A stretch of DNA of 64,000 nucleotides from a virus (Duplodnaviria; Heunggongvirae; Uroviricota; Caudoviricetes), in the IMG/VR virus record IMGVR_UViG_3300042260_000241. One strand, given 5' to 3'. Numbering within the stretch: the stretch's first letter is position 1; every line of letters begins with the position of its first letter. The notes under the pieces were generated by a model. That model had not been told where the DNA came from, ran no database searches, and was given only the letters and a program-made list of their open reading frames with translations. This document shows, piece after piece, positions 58,132-64,000 of this stretch. The position numbers and the translations under genes were made by a program.

Positions 58132-58150
58132 TAGGGGCGCAAGCCCCTTA
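58132..58150 (+). terminator. GC-rich hairpin with GNRA loop
   Basis: AGGGGC-GCAA-GCCCCT; U tract is weak. Confidence 0.55.
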
Positions 58151-58155
58151 ACATT

Positions 58156-58506
58156 ATGGTATTAACTGATAGTAATTTTCTACTCTATGCTATGCATCAC
58201 TACGATAATATCCAGTGTCATAGCATAGAAGAGTTTGAAGAAGATCTTAGAAAATTTTTATATCTTAAAAAACTGTTTAGTAGATATAAGAACAATGGAG
58301 AATTAAGAGAAAGACTAATTCTTAATCACATAATTGTTCTATACAATATATTTGGAGATGCAGCAACTGAGATGTTATTCTTTAGACTTAAGGAATATAA
58401 ATCTGAGTTATCTACATTTCTGGTTTATCTCAATAGAATGCCAGACGATAAACTTATAGACATCAATATAGATATTGATATAGCAAACGCGTTAAGGAAG
58501 ATTTAA
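58156..58506 (+). CDS. Conserved T4-like hypothetical protein
   Basis: YAMHHYDN, EFEEDL, ERLILNHIIVLYNIFG. Confidence 0.7.
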   Translation: MVLTDSNFLLYAMHHYDNIQCHSIEEFEEDLRKFLYLKKLFSRYKNNGELRERLILNHIIVLYNIFGDAATEMLFFRLKEYKSELSTFLVYLNRMPDDKLIDINIDIDIANALRKI

Positions 58507-59039
58507 TGTCAACTATAGACAACTTACTAGCTTTTAGAATTCTCTATATGTTGGTTACACCATTTGATAAGACAGATGCATATACGTTTGGAATTATTGA
58601 TAAAGATGGTAACCCACTTAAGAAATCTAAAGACTTAAAAACAAGCGAAGAAAAAGATTCGTATAACAATCTGACTCGCCTTGTATTTTCCTTAAAGAGA
58701 TTATTGGCTAAAGTTCCAGGTGGAAAGAGTCAATTAGCTTCTATTGTAGCAGCATATTGGCTAATTAAAGAATCTCATAATAAACGTACAGTTATACGTG
58801 AAGAAGAGTTAATGTCAATGATTGACTTATTAGAAGATAAGAAATTGACATTAGTCGAAGAACAACTTCTTATTGAGAAATTTATTTCACGATTAGAAGA
58901 AGAAGGTGTTGCAATTGCAAACACAACCGGTTCCGCTACAGCAACTGATCAACCTGTCGTAAAAGTAAAAAACGGAAAACCTGTTTCTGGCGTAGTAGGT
59001 ATGTTCCGTCGTAAAAAATCTATTCAAGTGGGGCAATAA
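58506..59039 (+). CDS. Conserved T4-like hypothetical protein
   Basis: FRILYMLVTPFDKTDAY..GIIDKDG, RLVFSLKRLL. Confidence 0.7.
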   Translation: MSTIDNLLAFRILYMLVTPFDKTDAYTFGIIDKDGNPLKKSKDLKTSEEKDSYNNLTRLVFSLKRLLAKVPGGKSQLASIVAAYWLIKESHNKRTVIREEELMSMIDLLEDKKLTLVEEQLLIEKFISRLEEEGVAIANTTGSATATDQPVVKVKNGKPVSGVVGMFRRKKSIQVGQ

Positions 59040-59527
59040 TGCTAAGTTTTAAAGAAGCATACTATATGGGTAAACACCGTTCTGCTGCATGGCATGCAGA
59101 TGGTGGCGCTAACGACGAAGGACACAGCGGCTCACGCTTTCGTGAAGTTCATAAAGTAACAATCAATGGACGCCATTGGAAAACATTTGGTTCACATAGT
59201 GATGCAAAAAGAGCGCATGATGCAGTAAAGAAAAAATATCCAGATAAGTCTGTGTCTATGCACAGAACTTATGTTGAATCTGTTGATATGTGCAATGTTT
59301 GTGGACAAACGCCATGTAATTGTACACATATCGAAGAACAAAATATTACAGAATTGTCTTCAGATCTTCTTCAACGTTATAAAGATGAAGCAATGAAATC
59401 AGTAGATAAGTTGACTTCTAAAGGAAAGCACAAAGAAGCTAATGATAGATTATTAGCTCACATGAAAGCTACTGGTAAACAAATAGAAAAGACTACTGCA
59501 GAAATTCGTAAAGCTGTTGGCAAGTAA
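59039..59527 (+). CDS. Modular probable internal head protein
   Basis: MLSFKEA leader; CNVCGQTPCNC; ITELSSDLLQRY module. Confidence 0.55.
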   Translation: MLSFKEAYYMGKHRSAAWHADGGANDEGHSGSRFREVHKVTINGRHWKTFGSHSDAKRAHDAVKKKYPDKSVSMHRTYVESVDMCNVCGQTPCNCTHIEEQNITELSSDLLQRYKDEAMKSVDKLTSKGKHKEANDRLLAHMKATGKQIEKTTAEIRKAVGK

Positions 59528-59979
59528 TGTGGATTATTAACTTCTTACCTTATTGGATTTTTCATGTTATATTAGGCATTGGTCTAATAGGGTTAGCTTC
59601 TACGTATTTGTTACGATTCATTCCAATTCCAGCAATATACATGTATAAGACTCCAATACAATTGGGGTCTATTGTTATAATTGCATTTGGTGTTTATATG
59701 TCTGGTGCAATATCAAATAATAAAGCATGGGAAGAACGTGTTAATGAACTACAGAAAAAAGTAGCAGAAGCAGAAGCTAAATCTTCACAAGAGAACGTTA
59801 AGATAGTAGAAAAGATTGTCACTAAAACAAAACTAGTTCAAGTTAAAGGCGAAGAGATAGTTAAATATATTGACAGAGAAATTGTGAAATATGACGATCG
59901 CTTTTCTAAAGGCAGTCAGTGTGAAATTCCAAAAGAATTTTATGAAGCTTTGAATAAGGCAACGGAGACACCTAAGTGA
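59527..59979 (+). CDS. Probable inner-membrane spanin (Rz-like)
   Basis: N-terminal TM segments then coiled coil; GTGA overlap with a lipoprotein gene. Confidence 0.6.
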   Translation: MWIINFLPYWIFHVILGIGLIGLASTYLLRFIPIPAIYMYKTPIQLGSIVIIAFGVYMSGAISNNKAWEERVNELQKKVAEAEAKSSQENVKIVEKIVTKTKLVQVKGEEIVKYIDREIVKYDDRFSKGSQCEIPKEFYEALNKATETPK

Positions 59980-60239
59980 ATAATAAGATCATCATACTTG
60001 GATTATTATTTTTGACTGGCTGTACTACAGTGCCAGTAGAACGTAAATTTCCTGAAGTTCCAGAAAGTTTAAAAACTGTATGTAAACCCTTAAAGAGTCT
60101 TAGTGAAAATGACAATTTGAGTCAAATTGCTAAAACAATTTCGGAGAATTATTCTCTTTATCATGACTGCGCTATAAAACAAGAAAGTTGGATTGATTGG
60201 TATAATTCACAGAAGAAAATATTCGATGGAGTTAAATAA
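59976..60239 (+). CDS. Probable outer-membrane lipoprotein spanin (Rz1-like)
   Basis: Signal peptide with LTGC lipobox; Pro/Cys pattern; directly before the endolysin. Confidence 0.7.
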   Translation: MNNKIIILGLLFLTGCTTVPVERKFPEVPESLKTVCKPLKSLSENDNLSQIAKTISENYSLYHDCAIKQESWIDWYNSQKKIFDGVK

Positions 60240-60862
60240 TGGAGTTAACATTACAACAATTAAAACAATTGCTCCCCAAAAACCCGTATGTCGATCATTG
60301 GCATTTGGCTTTAACGCAATTACTTCCAGATTATGAGATCAATACCCCTCAGCGCATTGCTGCGTTTATTGCGCAGTGCTCTCATGAATCTGGTGGATTC
60401 ATGGTACTTAAAGAAAATCTAAATTATCGTGCAGCAACATTGAGAAAGATTTTCCCTAAGTATTTCCCTACTGATGAAATTGCAAATCAATATGCATCTC
60501 TTCCAAATAAACAAGAGGCTATTGCTAACAAAGTATATGCAAATCGTATGGGAAATGGACCTGAAGAATCGGGAGATGGATTTAGATATTGCGGTCGTGG
60601 ATTAATTCAACTTACTGGCAAACAGAACTATACTTGGTTTGCAGCATCACTAGGAATTCCAGTAGAAGAAGCATCTGAATATCTTCAAACTTTTGAAGGT
60701 GCAGCTCAGTCTGCATGCTGGTTTTGGGAAACAAATAACTTGAATCAATGGGCTGATAAAGGCGACATTGTGACATTGACAAAGCGTATCAATGGTGGCA
60801 CCATTGGTCTTGATGATAGAATTAAACATTATGAACATGCCCTACACGTTTTAGGAGCATGA
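60239..60862 (+). CDS. Glycoside hydrolase family 19 endolysin
   Basis: AQCSHESGGF..LKENLNY, RYCGRGLIQLTGK.NY, RINGG..GL.DR. Confidence 0.9.
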   Translation: MELTLQQLKQLLPKNPYVDHWHLALTQLLPDYEINTPQRIAAFIAQCSHESGGFMVLKENLNYRAATLRKIFPKYFPTDEIANQYASLPNKQEAIANKVYANRMGNGPEESGDGFRYCGRGLIQLTGKQNYTWFAASLGIPVEEASEYLQTFEGAAQSACWFWETNNLNQWADKGDIVTLTKRINGGTIGLDDRIKHYEHALHVLGA

Positions 60863-60863
60863 T

Positions 60864-61145
60864 ATGAATACTGATTTACGTTTAGCAAAATGGTTACTTA
60901 TATTAGTATTTGTTCCATTAGGTTTAGCATTTTGTGGTGGAGATCGTTTTAGATATCCATGTCAAGATCCAGCAAACTGGGATAAAGAATTTTGTAAACT
61001 ACCAACATGTGATGTAACAAGAACGTGTCCTGAGCAAATCTTTAAAGGTCAACGTGATCCTAGATTAGGACCTCCTCCGGTGAATAAAGATGGTAGTACT
61101 AATGCTCAATTTACTGCACCGCCGGGAGTTAACTGTGGAAAATAA
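60864..61145 (+). CDS. Membrane-anchored Cys-rich small protein
   Basis: One TM segment then DRFRYPCQDPANW...C..P.C.VTRTCP. Confidence 0.65.
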   Translation: MNTDLRLAKWLLILVFVPLGLAFCGGDRFRYPCQDPANWDKEFCKLPTCDVTRTCPEQIFKGQRDPRLGPPPVNKDGSTNAQFTAPPGVNCGK

Positions 61146-61149
61146 TTTT

Positions 61150-61578
61150 ATGTATACTGAAGATCAATTAATGGCTCGTTTACGCTTTTTCATCGGCGTA
61201 TGTTTAGCCTTAACATTAACTGGAATTGTGTTCGTTGTATTATATTCTCTAATATTTGTTACACAACCTCTTAATGCAATTTCTCCAATCGATCAAAAAT
61301 TCTTTGAATTGATTGTTCCTATTGCAACATTCTTAACCGGTACTCTATCTGGTATTATGTTAGCTGGAAACGATAAAGCTGCTCAAGCTGAAGCTATGAA
61401 AGCTGCTAATAAAGGATGGGATCGTCCTCCAACAAACCCAACACCTCCAGCACCTATGTCATTTGCTCCTACTGGAATGTATGGACAACCTAATATGATG
61501 CAACAACCAGTACAGAACGTTGTTGCTGGCTATGGAGGACGATTAGCTCCTCCACCAGCTCCACAACCAGAGTTATAA
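61150..61578 (+). CDS. Two-TM membrane protein (holin/antiholin candidate)
   Basis: Two hydrophobic helices and a Pro-rich tail. Confidence 0.55.
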   Translation: MYTEDQLMARLRFFIGVCLALTLTGIVFVVLYSLIFVTQPLNAISPIDQKFFELIVPIATFLTGTLSGIMLAGNDKAAQAEAMKAANKGWDRPPTNPTPPAPMSFAPTGMYGQPNMMQQPVQNVVAGYGGRLAPPPAPQPEL

Positions 61579-61579
61579 T

Positions 61580-61870
61580 ATGTTAAGCACAATGTTAAAA
61601 GATGGACAGAATGGATCTCTTAGTAGTAAGAGAGTAATTACCTTTTTGGCTTTTATATTGTGCGCTATTGCATTTATTTCTAATCTATTTTTTGGTTACA
61701 AGATAGATTCATTTTTATATGAATCTATGTCATATATTGTTATGGCAGGTCTTGGTGTAACTGTTGCAGAAAAGTTTTCAACTAAACCAAATCATCAAAT
61801 AGAGCCAATAAATAATTACAGTCGATTATATGGCACACCATTGCCAAAACAAAGGGAACCTCTATTATGA
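61580..61870 (+). CDS. Two-TM membrane protein (holin candidate)
   Basis: SSKRVITFLAFIL...YIVMAGLGVTVAEKF. Confidence 0.55.
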   Translation: MLSTMLKDGQNGSLSSKRVITFLAFILCAIAFISNLFFGYKIDSFLYESMSYIVMAGLGVTVAEKFSTKPNHQIEPINNYSRLYGTPLPKQREPLL

Positions 61871-62064
61871 AGAAATTATTCTTAGTAACACTTTTACTAA
61901 CTGCTACTGCAGTTTTTGGTGCAGAAACACAAAAAGTTTGCATTGATAAAATGACAAAAGATGGAAAGGTTGTAATGGACAAAGCTGGCAAACCGGTTCA
62001 GGAATGCAAGCAAATGAAAGTCCATAAGAAACTTGAAGGAACAAAAGTTCCTGAAAAGAAATAA
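61867..62064 (+). CDS. Small secreted protein with two Cys
   Basis: Classical signal peptide MKKLFLVTLLLTATAVFG; basic mature part. Confidence 0.6.
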   Translation: MKKLFLVTLLLTATAVFGAETQKVCIDKMTKDGKVVMDKAGKPVQECKQMKVHKKLEGTKVPEKK

Positions 62065-62094
62065 TACAATTCATATATTAATAGAGTACGTGTC

Positions 62095-62457
62095 ATGGAT
62101 ATGCCAGAAAGAATTGCAAAATTGGAAACACAAGTAGAAGCCATCAAAGAAGATGTCTCCGAATTACGTGGAGACGTAAAAGAAATTCATTCTAGAATTA
62201 CTACAGGAAATCGCGAAATCTTAGAAAAGATTGATTCGATGGAAGTAAAATTAGAAGAAAGAATGAAAGTTGGAGCAATTGCTGCAAAGGAACAACATGA
62301 TGAAATTCAACGTGCTGTTCAAGCTGACATAAAAGAAGTTACCCAAAGAGTTGACGTTTTAGAACGTTGGCGTTGGATGATTGTCGGTGGCGCTATTGTT
62401 TTAGGTTATATTATTGGACATTTAGAAATTTTTAGCAGTTTATTTGGAATAAAGTAA
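62095..62457 (+). CDS. Coiled-coil protein with C-terminal TM (XhlA-like architecture)
   Basis: ERIAKLETQV heptads; ERWRWMIVGGAIVLGYII. Confidence 0.6.
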   Translation: MDMPERIAKLETQVEAIKEDVSELRGDVKEIHSRITTGNREILEKIDSMEVKLEERMKVGAIAAKEQHDEIQRAVQADIKEVTQRVDVLERWRWMIVGGAIVLGYIIGHLEIFSSLFGIK

Positions 62458-62486
62458 TTTACAAGATCTCATGATTGATATATAAT
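62458..62486 (+). promoter_or_regulatory. Sigma70-type promoter for thyX/nrdA
   Basis: TTTACA-N17-TATAAT. Confidence 0.7.
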
Positions 62487-62516
62487 GGTATTAGTGATTA
62501 CACAATGGAGATCTAA

Positions 62517-63185
62517 GTGCAAGTTAAATTAATTTCTTATTCAAAACCTTCCCGAGAGCTCGTTAATGACGGGCTCTATGACGTTCAGGAACTCATTGCT
62601 TTTTGTGCTAGAGTTTCAAATCCGTCAAATCAGTTTAATACTGAAACATCAGAAAAGCTTATCAAATACTTGGTAAAGCATCAACATTGGTCTCCTCTAG
62701 AAATGGTATCTGCATGTATAGAGGTTACCACAACACGTGATATTGCTCGTCAAATTCTTCGTCATCGTTCGTTTTCATTTCAAGAATTTTCACAGCGCTA
62801 TGCTGATCCTACAAAAGATCTAGACTTTGTTCTCCGTGAGGCTCGTCTACAAGATACTAAAAATAGACAAAATTCTATTGAAACGAGTGATGCAGAATTA
62901 CAGGCTTGGTGGAATGCTAAACAGCAATTCCTTATTCAATACGTTAAAGAGGTATATGCAGATGCTCTCAGAAAAGGTATTGCAAAAGAACAAGCCCGTG
63001 CTATTCTACCTGAAGGATTGACATCGTCTCGTATGTATATGAATGGTACTCTACGTTCATGGATTCACTTTATTCAAGTGCGTTCTGGCAATGGTACTCA
63101 AAAAGAGCATATGGAAATTGCAAGAGAAGTAGCAAAAGTTATTGCTGAAATCTTTCCTCTTGCAAATGAATTTGTAACAGAATAA
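62517..63185 (+). CDS. thyX: Flavin-dependent thymidylate synthase
   Basis: HWSPLE, RQILRHRSFSFQEFSQRY, EQARAILP, TQKEH; GTG start. Confidence 0.95.
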   Translation: MQVKLISYSKPSRELVNDGLYDVQELIAFCARVSNPSNQFNTETSEKLIKYLVKHQHWSPLEMVSACIEVTTTRDIARQILRHRSFSFQEFSQRYADPTKDLDFVLREARLQDTKNRQNSIETSDAELQAWWNAKQQFLIQYVKEVYADALRKGIAKEQARAILPEGLTSSRMYMNGTLRSWIHFIQVRSGNGTQKEHMEIAREVAKVIAEIFPLANEFVTE

Positions 63186-63198
63186 AAAGGATAAAAAA

Positions 63199-64000
63199 AT
63201 GGAAGATGTCGTTCACGGCATCAGGGTTGACTATTCTCGTGATAGTCTCTTTGATGAACTCGGTAAGATTAGACTAAAAGAATCGTACATGCGAGACGAT
63301 GAAACGTCTCCACAGGAAAGGTTTGCATATGTTAGCAGCAAGTTTGGAAGTAATCCTGATCATGCTCAACGTTTGTATGACTATAGTAGCAAGCACTGGC
63401 TTAGCTATTCTACTCCTATTTTATCTTTTGGTCGCAGCAAGCGTGGTTTGCCCATTAGCTGCTTTCTCAACTATATTGAAGACACAGCGGAGGGTCTAGT
63501 TGATAACCTTAGTGAAACTAATTGGCTCAGTATGCTTGGTGGTGGCGTGGGTATCGGCTTTGGTATACGTTCGTCGGATGATAAGAGTACGGGCGTTATG
63601 CCACACCTCAAGATCTATGATGCGTCGTCATTGGCCTATCGTCAAGGCCGTACTCGCCGTGGAAGTTACGCTGCTTACCTCGATATTAGTCATCCTGACA
63701 TTATTCCTTTCCTAGAAATGCGCAAGCCTACGGGCGATCAAAATATGCGTACTCTAAACATGCACCATGGAGTTAATATTCCTGATGCATTTATGGAAAT
63801 TATTGAACGTTGTATGTTAGATCCAAATGCTAATGATGATTGGCAACTGATCGATCCAGCAAGTAACGAAGTGCGTGAAGTAGTATCTGCAAAAGAATTA
63901 TGGATGAAATTGCTTGATTTGCGTATGCAAACTGGCGAACCATATCTACACTTCATTGATGAATCTAATAGACAACTACCACAATGGTTGAAAGACAAAG
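63199..64000 (+). CDS. nrdA: Class I ribonucleotide reductase alpha subunit (runs off 3' end; not in ORF track)
   Basis: Read by hand: MEDVVHG...SYSTPIL...LPISCFL...GGGVG...RRGSYAAYLDISHPDI...GEPYLHFID; open to the end of the window. Confidence 0.9.
   Translation, partial: MEDVVHGIRVDYSRDSLFDELGKIRLKESYMRDDETSPQERFAYVSSKFGSNPDHAQRLYDYSSKHWLSYSTPILSFGRSKRGLPISCFLNYIEDTAEGLVDNLSETNWLSMLGGGVGIGFGIRSSDDKSTGVMPHLKIYDASSLAYRQGRTRRGSYAAYLDISHPDIIPFLEMRKPTGDQNMRTLNMHHGVNIPDAFMEIIERCMLDPNANDDWQLIDPASNEVREVVSAKELWMKLLDLRMQTGEPYLHFIDESNRQLPQWLKDK

Noticed and set aside
1-64000. Minus-strand and nested alternative-frame ORFs in the track
   Set aside because: All are shadows of well-supported plus-strand genes, lack ribosome-binding sites or recognisable motifs, and are short
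1-64000. Stop-codon reassignment (TAG is rare as a terminator)
   Set aside because: Core genes are full length in the standard code, and TAG ends at least two genes (39548, 44431) cleanly

Overview
A 64-kb, AT-rich, almost entirely plus-strand segment of a T4-like myovirus genome. Gene order resembles marine and freshwater cyanophage/pelagiphage-type T4 relatives. No photosynthesis genes are seen, and weak clues point to a Gram-negative, possibly betaproteobacterial host. In order it carries: two modular tail fibres with S74 chaperone tails; neck, tail and head genes (gp13-15, 17-23, gp3; no gp16); uvsY, uvsW, gp55, gp47/46; a VWA+MoxR/CobS pair; gp45/44/62, regA, hsp20, gp43, uvsX, gp40, gp41 and an AEP-like primase; a GIY-YIG homing endonuclease; a tightly coupled DNA-modification operon; a late cluster of probable internal head proteins; a lysis region; thyX; and the start of nrdA. 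The best candidate for a new system is the modification operon at 45092-50130. It pairs a T4 gp42-like dCMP hydroxymethylase and an alpha-glucosyltransferase with a C-terminally truncated UDP-glucose-dehydrogenase homologue and a C5-methyltransferase homologue that keeps its catalytic motifs but has degenerate SAM-binding motifs. Two late PD-(D/E)xK-like nucleases follow immediately, in a block of genes with T4-like capsid-targeting N-termini. A roughly 200-nt structured leader with a ROSE-like hairpin precedes hsp20. All family assignments are by-eye motif recognition; no database searches were run.
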